Assembly (NCBI GenBank): GCA_903927945.1
Contig: CAIYOZ010000158.1
Span: forward strand, 1 to 54,471
Source: an uncultured Bacteroidales bacterium
GTDB taxonomy: Bacteria > Bacteroidota > Bacteroidia > Bacteroidales > Paludibacteraceae
DNA length: 54,471 bases
Direction: 5' to 3'
Shown here: positions 28,954 through 39,000 of the stretch, one piece after another
Numbering within the stretch: position 1 is the first letter of the stretch
How the letters are laid out: every line of letters begins with the position of its first letter
Translations under genes and position numbers: made by a program
The notes under the pieces: model-generated
The model's input: only the letters and a program-made list of their open reading frames with translations
Told to the model about the DNA's origin: nothing
Database searches by the model: none

Positions 28954-28961
28954 CAAATATA
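28954..28961 (-). promoter_or_regulatory. Bacteroidota sigma70 -7 element (TAnnTTTG) of the susC operon
   Basis: Minus strand reads TATATTTG(C), about 170 nt upstream of the susC start; no clear -33 TTTG, as is common for activator-dependent PUL promoters. Confidence 0.7.
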
Positions 28962-28993
28962 TACGATATAAAATTATAAACCTCTAAATAATA

Positions 28994-29101
28994 CCTCACA
29001 AAAACTCACTTTTAAGAATATTTGTTTTCATACAACTACTACACAACCATACATAAATCATTGTATGTCTGCACGTTGATTAATTTTATGTTCTACAACA
29101 T
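28994..29101. promoter_or_regulatory. Putative operator array, copy 1
   Basis: Blocks CCTCACAAAAACTC, AATATTTG, ACTACA, CTGCAcGTTG and TTTTATGTTcTAcAACAT recur with matching spacing at 51097-51205. Confidence 0.7.
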
Positions 29102-29705
29102 GTTTTTTGAATCATTTTCACAATTTTAAAAAGCCCTTTTTAAGGTTTAATTCTTTTATTATTGGAGATAAAACCAATATTCACTCATTGTTAAACCGCA
29201 TATCTTTTATTAAGCAGAAAACAAGAACTTGAATTAAAGACAATCTATATTCATATTTCAATTCTCCTGCACATTTACACGCGAAAAAGTGCACAATACT
29301 AACATATAAAGATCAATTTTACATGATTTCATTCCCATTTGTCATTCTCACGATTCAACCATTTATTTCTATAAGTCTAAATTTCATTCCGGCGCCTTCT
29401 AGAGTTGACTTATTCCTGTTTTCCTCAGTTATTTCCGGGTTATAAATCCACCAATCTTTATTCAATTTTACCAACTAAGTAAGTGGAACAATAGATTGTC
29501 TTAATTCAAAACACAAAGGTTAACAGAGAAAACATAGTTTAATTTAGCATCCTAATTCTTGTAATAATTTCGTTATTACCATTCTATGTAGTTCTATGTC
29601 TGCGATATAACAATCAAGATCACAGGCTAAAGATTAAAACTTGGTGAACCTATATGTGAACTATGCTCCCGACCTCCATCCATTCGTTGCCGATTCTATA
29701 TCCGG

Positions 29706-29868
29706 TCGCATCTGAATCTAAGATAACCTAGGGATAACCAAGATATAACCAAGGGATAACCAAGGGATAACCTATATTTATATAGATATTGATTATCCCT
29801 TGATTATTGTTTAATTATTACTGGTTATAGTGTCTTTTTACCATAAATAGGTATAGAGACGGATGCGA
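29706..29868. repeat. 11-bp tandem repeat array (CCAAGGGATAA) with inverted degenerate copies inside a 15-bp imperfect inverted repeat
   Basis: Four units at 29727-29770; inverted unit TTATCCCTTGA at 29793; outer IR TCGCATCTGAATCTA (29706-29720) / TAGAGACGGATGCGA (29854-29868), 12/15 match. Confidence 0.7.
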
Positions 29869-29992
29869 GGAGGAAGAGAGTAGGTTGTCAGTATTCGGTA
29901 GCTTTATCAGCGTTTTAAATCAGCTTAATCCGTGTGTTCATTTTTATATATTTGAATAAGTGACATTGGTTCTTAATCCTTATAATAAATAA

Positions 29993-30031
29993 ATGGTTCT
30001 GAGGTTGGCCTTAATCCACCCTCAGAACCAT
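29993..30031 (-). terminator. Terminator closing the right-hand operon
   Basis: ATGGTTCTGAGG / CCTCAGAACCAT perfect 12-bp stem followed by U-rich sequence on the minus strand. Confidence 0.65.
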
Positions 30032-30113
30032 ACAGAAAAACTAAACAACACGTTACACGGTTAAAAAAACTAACCCTTCTTCGCCCTAAAAGGACGAAAC
30101 AACCAAATAAATA

Positions 30114-31799
30114 CTATTGTAATACTATCTTTTCTGTGAAGATCCTATTATTCAATGTCATCTTCACTATATATATACCCGAATGCTGCAAGTCGACCTG
30201 CCTGCCAGATATTAAACTTCCCGAATAGATTCTTTTTCCATCTGTGCTGTAGATCGTCAATTCACCTGAGAATCCGCCTTCCACTATAAATTCCAACTGA
30301 TTTCTGACTCGGTTCGTGATCCGGACTAATTTTTGATCATCGGTCGGATTATTAATTGCCGTATTAGCCAGTACAACTTGTTTTAATGTGGTCAGTACTA
30401 TTTCCCCCTGATCATTTTTAAGGGTTGCTTTCAAATTATTAACCCCATTGGTAAAGGCGGTTGACCCGAAAGACTTCTGGATGGAATTTCCCATGGAGTT
30501 TGCCAGCATAGTTTCAGTAAATAACGGAGTCAGATTATTCTGATCCGTATAAAAATCGAGGGTATAGTGAGCTCCTGTATGGGTCAGGGAGTAATCGAGG
30601 GTTAGATCGTATTTGCCGGTGCCGGCATTTGAAACCAGGTTCATAAAGGCTCCCCCCTGATTATTCATGGCAGTCACGCCGGGCAGAGCGACGGTTGGAT
30701 AGAAATACTCCGTCCAGTTAAGCTGGGAATTGGCGTTAAAGGTAGCATCGTCAAAGAAATGCATTACCACACCTCCCCACAGTTCGATATAATCGTCCTT
30801 TCCACCGTTGCTTATGATAAACTTATTGGCATTCACCGCATCTTTCCCCCAGGTCCATAGTTTCACCCCTTTGGTGATATTCCGGTCGGCTATTCGAAAG
30901 AAACCTTCCTGTTTGTCGTGGTTGATCACCCCCCAATAGTCATCACTCCGAATGGTGGCGTAGGCTATACCCATATCGGTCCACTCGCTGAGCATATTAA
31001 TCTTCGAAAAATCAAACGTGCTGCCGTAGGTTCCAATCCAGTTATTCGTACTCCAGGCAGCCTGGTAAGTAGACATGGGCACGATCATTTCCGAATTGAC
31101 CGGGGTAAAAGTATTTCCGGGGTCAGAACCGGGGGTCAGGGTGGTACAAGTCCAGTATTCATACTTTTTTGATTGTGTTCCGGGGTTGGTGAGGTTGACG
31201 TTAAATGAGAATCCTGATTGCCCTGAATATACTCCTACCTGCACGTCGCACACAATGCCGGTAATCCCGTTATTGAACTGTCCCGGGTGGGCTGCATATT
31301 CCGAGTTATCGGTCATGGACATTTTGACTATGACGGTATCGGGCGTGCTTTTGACAACAGTATATTGCCAGGGTTTTAACCAGGTCTTCCCATGCTCGGG
31401 TTCAGGGAAGGTAGGAAAGATACCCCCGTAAACCATCAGCCAGTTGTAATAAAAATTTCCTTCCCCCATGCCGTATGGTGTCCCGCAAGGGCTTTGATAC
31501 AGGTATTCGTGGCCCGTGGGCTTGTAATAATAGGAAAGTATGCGTCCTCCGAATTCAGGAACAATCACAATCCTGAATAATTCATTCTCTATCACTTTCC
31601 CGGCGAACTGCACCCCCACGATATCGGTATCCACCGTGGTCATGGTTTTCATGCTGTAATCCGCATTGGTGGTATAGCGGTGGTGCTGCCACGCAATGGT
31701 GGAGTCACGGAGAATGACGGCTGCCTGAGAAGGTTCAAGAAATGACGAGAGTGAAATAGCAAGGGTTATACTAAAATATACTTTTGATAATTTGATCAT
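30114..31799 (-). CDS. DUF5107-like (galactose-mutarotase-like fold) secreted protein with T9SS CTD
   Basis: VIENELFRIVIVPEFGGRILS, GGIFPTFP..EHG, GVKLWTWG and YIELWGG resemble DUF5107 proteins; signal peptide; IYSTDGK...GIYIVK...EKIVLQ CTD. Start ATG 31799 (GTG 31805 alternative). Confidence 0.7.
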   Translation of the reverse strand: MIKLSKVYFSITLAISLSSFLEPSQAAVILRDSTIAWQHHRYTTNADYSMKTMTTVDTDIVGVQFAGKVIENELFRIVIVPEFGGRILSYYYKPTGHEYLYQSPCGTPYGMGEGNFYYNWLMVYGGIFPTFPEPEHGKTWLKPWQYTVVKSTPDTVIVKMSMTDNSEYAAHPGQFNNGITGIVCDVQVGVYSGQSGFSFNVNLTNPGTQSKKYEYWTCTTLTPGSDPGNTFTPVNSEMIVPMSTYQAAWSTNNWIGTYGSTFDFSKINMLSEWTDMGIAYATIRSDDYWGVINHDKQEGFFRIADRNITKGVKLWTWGKDAVNANKFIISNGGKDDYIELWGGVVMHFFDDATFNANSQLNWTEYFYPTVALPGVTAMNNQGGAFMNLVSNAGTGKYDLTLDYSLTHTGAHYTLDFYTDQNNLTPLFTETMLANSMGNSIQKSFGSTAFTNGVNNLKATLKNDQGEIVLTTLKQVVLANTAINNPTDDQKLVRITNRVRNQLEFIVEGGFSGELTIYSTDGKRIYSGSLISGRQVDLQHSGIYIVKMTLNNRIFTEKIVLQ

Positions 31800-31902
31800 T
31801 AACACGGTCTTTTTGTTTTTAGTAATCTTATATTAATTATAAATCATCGTGAACCTTATTCTCCGTCAGAGCACTTGAAGCGGTCATACGAATGAACTAA
31901 AT

Positions 31903-31998
31903 TCACCCTTTTGGTGCAATGAGTAACATTATAAGAAATGGAACAATGATGACAGCCAGAAAAAGCAGGTCTTTTAATTCAAATTTTCTTTTTTTCAT
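31903..31998 (-). CDS. Putative 31-aa single-pass small membrane protein (not in the ORF track)
   Basis: MKKRKFELKDLLFLAVIIVPFLIMLLIAPKG*: basic N-terminus then a ~18-residue hydrophobic stretch, AT-rich leader, same strand as the operon. Confidence 0.45.
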   Translation of the reverse strand: MKKRKFELKDLLFLAVIIVPFLIMLLIAPKG

Positions 31999-32108
31999 GA
32001 TTTTAGCATTTATGAATTAATTAATTGTACCCAACTTACTCACTTTTCCCGATTTTATCGTACAATCATACAGGTACAGCGGGTAAGTTGGATTCAATTA
32101 GTAAGGCT

Positions 32109-35100
32109 TTATTTCTTTAGCAATTTGCAGGTTTTACTTCCAGAATTACTATCAATGACCAGGTTATACAACCCCTGTTGGCAAAAAGACAGATCAAAAA
32201 GGATCAGGTTACCCTTCAGGTTCTTATCCATCACGGTTTTTCCGGTCATATCCATGATTCTCACACGATTCATTCCTTTGGTATCAGGCAGAGAAATATT
32301 AATTTTATCATGGAATGGATTGGGATATACATTCAGATCGTTATTCCCTAATTTTACCGTTGGAATGGCGGTTGCTGAATTGGGAGTAAGATTATATACC
32401 GATGTGGAAGCGGTGGAAAGTCCTGCTCCATTAACCGCCTTTACAAACCAGGTATGAGGTACTACGTCAAATAAAGGATAGGAGTACGTTGTGGTGTTTG
32501 ACTCCACTTTTTTGACGTTATCAATATACAGTTCGTAATACTTAATGCCGGATTCCGCATCAGCACTAGGCTGCCAGGTAAACACCACATTACCGGCATC
32601 AAATTTAGCGTTATTCGCCGGAGCTGTCAAGTCGAAAGAAGATGAGGGTGTAGCATCGGTGGTTCCAAAATCCTGAAGTCCATACCCATACTGGAACAGT
32701 GGATCTCCAAAAATAGGAGGAACAGCTTCACCCCTGTCAATATAACCTCTGATTAAAGAACGTTCGGAAGCTGTGGCACCAATATCATAGGGAAGATCCC
32801 ATTTCTCGACCATATTATTCACATCATCGGATCCCAGTTGGGACAGCGATCGTGGCAACTGCCATGGGGTGCGTCCTGTAGGTAGGTAATCCCCGAAAAT
32901 CAATCCGGCAGTGGCTTCTCCGATTCCGGTACCCCCACGGTAGATCAACAGAATGGCATCTGAGACATCCAGCAGATTCGTTAACACATAAGGACGTGGG
33001 GAATTAATGACAACAATCGTCTTCACACCTCTGTCGTGAAAACCCTTTATAATATTAAACTGATCGTCAGGGATATTCGGGTTTTTATCTGCCCATTCGG
33101 TTCCATGTGTATAACTTTGTTCGCCAATAACTATCACCACCGCTTTTGGTGAAAGATGCGTACTGTCATCCTTATATACGATCAACCCATCTTTAGCACC
33201 ACGTTGTGTTATGGCTTGCAAATGGTTTTTCACTAAAGGATCATCATAATAAATAGATTGCCATATGGAGTTCGGATCTGAATTTTGACCATTCCAGGTA
33301 GCACGGGGTCCACCTACCACAACTTCACTCCCAGAAGCAAGTTTCAGAGGCAATACGCCATCATTCTTCAACAAGGTAATACACTTTTTAGCTGCACTTA
33401 TCACCAGGGCATGGTGATCGGCTTTGATATAGGTGCAGGTTGGATCAGCATAGGGGTTTTCGAACATTCCCAATCGAATCTTTACATCCATGATTCTTCG
33501 GCATGATTCATTGATCCGATCAATTCCAATGGCGGCGATTAATGCGGCACGATCAGTAGGTGTAGATGGTGAACCTCCCATAACATCCACTCCGGCACCT
33601 AAACTGGCGATAGATTGAGCAGTGTTTGCAGCCAACCAGTCAGTCACGACAAAACCAGTCCATTTAATAGTATTTCGCAGATAATCAATGCCTTTTTTAC
33701 TGGTATTCGCTCCATTGTCAGGATCAAGAAATTTGCTGGTATTATAGCCTGGCATGGCAGAACAGGCGTTTGCTTCCACGGCAGCAATCCAGGGTTTCAT
33801 ATGATATTTTATGGTCACAGAATCGTATTGCAATACACTTTCACCACCTGCACCCTGACTAGCCCAGTGTTTTACAGTGGTCATCATGGAATGAGGATTA
33901 ATTTCAGGTCCACCTTGCATTCCACATACAATGGCCCTGATAATAGCCGCGGCATCATCTGCATTTTCACCGGAACCTTCCTGTATTCGTGGATAGAGCA
34001 CCTTGGTATCTACTTCTGCCAACGGACACAATAATCCTGTGAAACCGAATGATTTTTGCTCGATTCGTTGCATATTTCCACATTCGTACACCATATTCAT
34101 ATCCCGCATGGCTGCCAACCCAATCTGGGAAGGAAAAGAAGTCTTCCATCCATTCGCTTTATCTCCGGTAAAGGCAGTAGGGATTCCCATACGACTTTTC
34201 GCACAGGCATATTGAGTAACTCTCATACCACTTTCCACTCCGTAAGAGAATGAGAACCCTGCCATGGGGCTCTCCGGATCACTACCTTCAGCACCATAGA
34301 AAAGCTGGCAGAATTTTTCTTGTTCCGTCAATCGGGTCATGATATCATCAACCCGTTGCTGTGGCGTTAAATGCCAGTCTTCGAAGGGTTCAATGATGCC
34401 ATCTTTATTCATATCGCGACAGCCATTGATAATATTTATTCCGTCGGCTTCTTGTTCCAACGTCGGGATATACAATCCGAACTGAGTTTTATTTGAATAC
34501 TTCGAACCACCCGGAGTTGTGGCAACCACATACCACTTGTACGTCCAGCGATCAACCAGGTCAATAGGCACCACAAAAGAGTTCGAGGAAGTTTCCCCTA
34601 CTTTGGTATACCTGTCCAGTAAATTTCCGGATGCATACCAGGCATAATCAGAACGTGTAATATTTAAATAGACCTCATAATTAGTGGCACCGGCAAAGGC
34701 ATTCCAGGTGAGTGTGGGCCTGCGGGTATTGGTAACCATCGATTTATCTGCCGGACTACTTAATTGGAAGTCAACCTGATCCGGTATTTTTACCGATACT
34801 ACAACTTGATCGGTACCAACCAGGCCACCATTATCAGTTACGGTCAGTTGAAAAGCATAGTCCCCTAGCGACATGTTGCTTGCGGTGAGTATTGGAGTCG
34901 TTGTATTGACTAAGGTAGCAGTTGTTGGACCCGATTTTTGAACCCAATTGTAAGATACTATGGTTCCATCAGGATCCTGACTTTTGGAGCCATCAATGAC
35001 TATGCTATTTTGAGGGGAATAAATGATTTGATCCAAACCAGCATCGGCCACAGGAAACTTATTTCCGGTACTGGCTTTTGGGGTTAGCTTCACATGAATA

Positions 35101-35822
35101 ACCATATTGTCGTAGGCTGTTGCTAAAAATGGCACCCCTCTGATCGTATCGGTGGTTGAACCTTTCTTAAGGGCCCATAAATCAAAATAAAAGTCACCTC
35201 TGAAATCCATTAAATCCAGGGATATTGGGGAAAACTCATTAAAACTCAGGGGTACCTGCTTTGCTGTATTTTGAACGATGATTACCGAATTTGCATTCAG
35301 ATCAGTCGGAGTTACTTGTAACTGCATATACTGCACATACGGTACATCGAGCGTTACGCCAACATGATTCAACGTTTCGGTTCCCAATACCTTGAAGTCA
35401 AATAATGAATAACCGTAAGCTGTCATAGCCCGCTTAACTCCTTGTAAGCGAACATACCGTCCTTTTACAGTATTATTTGTCAGTACCGTATCCAGTTTAC
35501 CATTACCATTGGTCACAGACGCAATTTCAGTAAAAGTCGTGAAAGTCTTGTCGTCTGAAATCTGTATTTTATAGGCTGATCCGTAAGCGTTTTCCCAGTT
35601 GATATTGACGGTATACACGTAATAATCTTTCCCTAAATCCACTGCGAGCCACTCGGTGTCAGAAGCCCAAACGCTTTCCCAACGAGTAGTCAGACTTGCG
35701 TCAATAGTTTTGGCAGCGGTGTTGCCACCATTTTCAGAAGAAGCCCATGCAGATATGGGTGTCTGGGCAAAAGAAAACTGTACCTGTAAGAATACAGCCA
35801 GGAAGAATAACAATTTTTTCAT
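32109..35822 (-). CDS. Secreted multimodular GH3 beta-glucosidase: CBM32, PKD-like, Fn3-like, GH3, Fn3-like, T9SS CTD
   Basis: N-terminal TRWES...RYVRL (CBM32); PVADAG PKD; DMNKDGIIEPFEDW, RIQEGSGE, TVKHW, VVTDW nucleophile, PLFQYGYGL; VYPNPF CTD. Confidence 0.85.
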   Translation of the reverse strand: MKKLLFFLAVFLQVQFSFAQTPISAWASSENGGNTAAKTIDASLTTRWESVWASDTEWLAVDLGKDYYVYTVNINWENAYGSAYKIQISDDKTFTTFTEIASVTNGNGKLDTVLTNNTVKGRYVRLQGVKRAMTAYGYSLFDFKVLGTETLNHVGVTLDVPYVQYMQLQVTPTDLNANSVIIVQNTAKQVPLSFNEFSPISLDLMDFRGDFYFDLWALKKGSTTDTIRGVPFLATAYDNMVIHVKLTPKASTGNKFPVADAGLDQIIYSPQNSIVIDGSKSQDPDGTIVSYNWVQKSGPTTATLVNTTTPILTASNMSLGDYAFQLTVTDNGGLVGTDQVVVSVKIPDQVDFQLSSPADKSMVTNTRRPTLTWNAFAGATNYEVYLNITRSDYAWYASGNLLDRYTKVGETSSNSFVVPIDLVDRWTYKWYVVATTPGGSKYSNKTQFGLYIPTLEQEADGINIINGCRDMNKDGIIEPFEDWHLTPQQRVDDIMTRLTEQEKFCQLFYGAEGSDPESPMAGFSFSYGVESGMRVTQYACAKSRMGIPTAFTGDKANGWKTSFPSQIGLAAMRDMNMVYECGNMQRIEQKSFGFTGLLCPLAEVDTKVLYPRIQEGSGENADDAAAIIRAIVCGMQGGPEINPHSMMTTVKHWASQGAGGESVLQYDSVTIKYHMKPWIAAVEANACSAMPGYNTSKFLDPDNGANTSKKGIDYLRNTIKWTGFVVTDWLAANTAQSIASLGAGVDVMGGSPSTPTDRAALIAAIGIDRINESCRRIMDVKIRLGMFENPYADPTCTYIKADHHALVISAAKKCITLLKNDGVLPLKLASGSEVVVGGPRATWNGQNSDPNSIWQSIYYDDPLVKNHLQAITQRGAKDGLIVYKDDSTHLSPKAVVIVIGEQSYTHGTEWADKNPNIPDDQFNIIKGFHDRGVKTIVVINSPRPYVLTNLLDVSDAILLIYRGGTGIGEATAGLIFGDYLPTGRTPWQLPRSLSQLGSDDVNNMVEKWDLPYDIGATASERSLIRGYIDRGEAVPPIFGDPLFQYGYGLQDFGTTDATPSSSFDLTAPANNAKFDAGNVVFTWQPSADAESGIKYYELYIDNVKKVESNTTTYSYPLFDVVPHTWFVKAVNGAGLSTASTSVYNLTPNSATAIPTVKLGNNDLNVYPNPFHDKINISLPDTKGMNRVRIMDMTGKTVMDKNLKGNLILFDLSFCQQGLYNLVIDSNSGSKTCKLLKK

Positions 35823-35832
35823 GATATATTAA

Positions 35833-35934
35833 TTTGAAGAGTTTGAAGAGTTTGAGGGTTTGGCGTTCCGTGTTCCGTGTTCCGTGTTCCGTGTTCCGTG
35901 AATGAACGCGATATGGAAATCGCGTGTCACGGAA
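35833..35934. repeat. Short tandem repeats (TTTGAAGAG x2 plus a variant; TTCCGTG x5) fused to a hairpin
   Basis: 9-mers at 35833-35859; five perfect heptamers at 35866-35900; TTCCGTGA/TCACGGAA and ACGCGAT/ATCGCGT stems up to 35934. Confidence 0.85.
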
Positions 35935-35977
35935 TATACCTTTAGAACTTGCAATGAATTGTTTATGGGAGTATTGA

Positions 35978-36010
35978 ACTAACGGAACCAAAAGAATTGA
36001 TTCCGTTAGT
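35978..36010 (-). terminator. Stem-loop after the GH81 gene
   Basis: ACTAACGGAACCAA / TTGATTCCGTTAGT; the one mismatch is G-U on the minus strand. Confidence 0.6.
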
Positions 36011-36023
36011 AATTTAATCGCCA

Positions 36024-39000
36024 TTATTTAATAATTTTTCTGGTTACAATCCCATGATCCGAAGTTAATGTCAGGATATAATATCCTGAATAAATTTCGG
36101 AAGTGTCCAAATTGATGACAGTCTGATCGGTGATATCTTTACTCATTATCAGACTACCTGTAAGTGAATGAATTGTAAGTTTTTTAAATCCTGCATTTAC
36201 ATCCATTGAAATCACCAATCGATTAGTAAATGGATTTGGAAAAATAGCAATTTGTTGGTTTTGAAATTCAGGGATACCGGTTATACCATCTACAACTACC
36301 CGAACATTTTCAGATGAAGTAACACCCAAATTGTCGGTGACAGATAACTGGAAAATATACAGTTTACCCGGAACAAATCCCGAGACTTTAACAGTTGGAT
36401 CGAGTTGATTCAATTGACTCATTGTAAGTGGGCTATTTGTATCTATCTGTTTCCAAAGATATTTTACAATATTTCCATCAGGATCATACGAGGCGCTTCC
36501 ATCTAAAATCAATTGTTGCACTGAAGGTAAAATAGTCATACTGTTTCCAGGATTAGCTACAGGTGCAAAATTACCGGGTTTCACCAATACAACCACTTTG
36601 TCGATAGCAGTAAGTCCATGATTATCGGTCACTGTCAGATCAAATTGATAGGTACCTAAGGCAAGATTTGAAATTACCGGTGAAGCGATGGCAGCATTTG
36701 AAAAGGTGACCGGTGAATTCGAATCAACCTGTTTCCATGAATAGCCTGTAATAGCAGCTCCTGCCAATCCCTGCCCGGTACCCGCTAATGTAACAGAACT
36801 TGTAGGCCATAAAACAACCTGATCGACTCCGGCATTTGCGATTGGCGGCATATTAGCCACCGTTATTGCAAATTTGTAGGAGCTAAGGTTCATGCCTGCC
36901 TTATCAATGGAAATTCGCATCACATGAATACCCGACTGAAGAGGGATATTAGCAGCCAGGGTATCTTTATATGTTCCCCAGGAACCGGTTTTATTGATCA
37001 CTATGGCACCCGTTTTATCAATTCCATCGATTTCAACATGCATAGTCCCACCTCCTGCCGAAGATAAATGAGGTGTAAATGAATAAACACCAGCAGTCTG
37101 CACATTTACGGTATATTCGTACCATTCCCCGGCATTGGTATAGCCTATATTTCCATCGGTTCCATTGCTGTTTTCAGTTTCAACTCCGGTTGATGCACGC
37201 AGGTTATTTCCCCCCTGAATGGCTATTTCGTTGTCGTGGCAGGCAATTTCAGGTCCGCCATTATCAAACTGCACTGCCAGGATTTTATCCGCCGGGATAT
37301 TCCATGGATTGGCATTATAAGGTGTTTGTCCGGTAGTCAATACTTCTACTGCCACAACAAACGGATCGCTGTTTATTCCATCATTATCAGTGGCTATGGC
37401 TTTCAAATTCGTAATTCCGGCAACTGTGGGTTTAAAAGTTATTTGGAAAGGATCGGCATAAGCTATACCAATGGAGTCGTTTCCGAGATAAAATTTTACA
37501 GATTGAACATTTCCATCTTTATCACTCGCTGAGGCTGTCACCTTTACCGGACTGTTCAATGCAAGTTTGTCGTTTGCTTTTTGTGAGATAATGCTCACTG
37601 TGGGTTTTTGGCCACCCACAATCCTCGAGTTATAGTATTTCCCGGCTCCCACTTTAATGGTTTCAATCACGATACCATCTTTGTAAATGCCAACATTCAC
37701 ATCCGAACTAGTCGGATTATATAACAAGTAGGTCAATTCCCCTTTTTTGTTTTTATAAACTGCCCCTGAAGCAATGCTTGTATTATAACCCGGAGCAGGA
37801 GTTCCATAGGTTAATATGGCATTTGACATATAGTAATTGGTCGTTGAATTCACATCACTGGCCCAATCTCCCCCCTTGACATACAAAGAATCAACGATTC
37901 TGGTTGTATAATCAGGTTGGAAAGAGTTGAGTAGATTAACATGATATCCTCCCAGATAGGAGCCCATATTCACAATGTTCTGATATTTATCGGTTGTGGA
38001 TGAAAATGGTATGGAAGGCAATGGACCTGTTCCATCCGGATCATACAGATTAGTGGTTCTGTCAGCAACCATTGAATTCCAGATAGAGCTCATTTTAGTG
38101 GAGTCCTGTCCCAGATACTGGTAAAAGAAATCACAAGGAACTGCCTGAATACCCAGCATCCAACCCGGATCACCACTGAAGTAGGTCCCCCATCCCAGGT
38201 TATCGGTACGAACTATTCCGGCGTATTGCTTTGTGTAGGTGGATGGGAAATTATCACCATACATGTTTAGCCAGTATTCACGGGCAGCAGTTGATTCAAG
38301 TAAATAACCCATGGCACCGGTATTGGTGATTTCAGGATCATTCAATTCGATCCCAAGCAGGTAAATACCAAACCAGGAATGTACGGCTTCCGAGGTTGAT
38401 TCCTGGTTGTTACCGCCACCATCACCAGTGCCTCCTGCAAATGAATGACCCAGGTAAGGATCGAATGTTCTTAGAAAGGGTAGATAATCATCTCCATCGG
38501 GATAATGTTTCCAGTTGGCGAATGACTTGGTAACCAGTTTTATCATTCCTGCGTAATTCTTCTTAAAATCATCATCCACCATCATAAGGCGGGCTGCACC
38601 CATGGCAAAGTAACCGTAGTGAAAATGCAGGTCATTAAATCCCTGGGAACCATATCCCGGAGGAAATCCAATGATTGCACCATAATTCGGGTATTTGGCA
38701 AAGAAATATTGCTTTTTGTTAGCTTCCGAAGGATCATACGTTAACCAATCCTGTAATTCGGTCTTCAAATTTGTCTTTAACGTTCCAAAGCCTGCATTTC
38801 CTTCCTCCCGTGCCATAAGCATCATGTTTGACTCCTCGCCTAACCCTTTTGCGTAGGTATTCCCATTGTAACCTCCTGATGCTGCTGCCCGAGTGGTTAA
38901 CATGGCATTCATACGGCTCTTCTGGAGATCAGTCATATTCATTGGCTGGGGAAGATAAGGAGGCATGCCCCCGAATTTATAATTCAATTTAAAGTCATTT

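Noticed and set aside
29323-29445. 40-codon plus-strand ORF, and a short interrupted minus frame, in the inter-operon gap
   Set aside because: No recognisable motif and a length expected by chance.
29727-29770. Possible CRISPR array
   Set aside because: Units are 11 bp and contiguous, with no unique spacers and no cas genes.
29947-29954. Plus-strand TATATTTG as a promoter for an antisense sRNA
   Set aside because: Matches the -7 consensus, but there is no -33 element and the region is AT-rich; unsupported without TSS data.
35734-36024. 96-aa minus-strand ORF between GH81 and GH3
   Set aside because: Its RNTEHGTRNTE and LFKLFKL segments are translations of the DNA repeats, and it overlaps the GH3 start out of frame.
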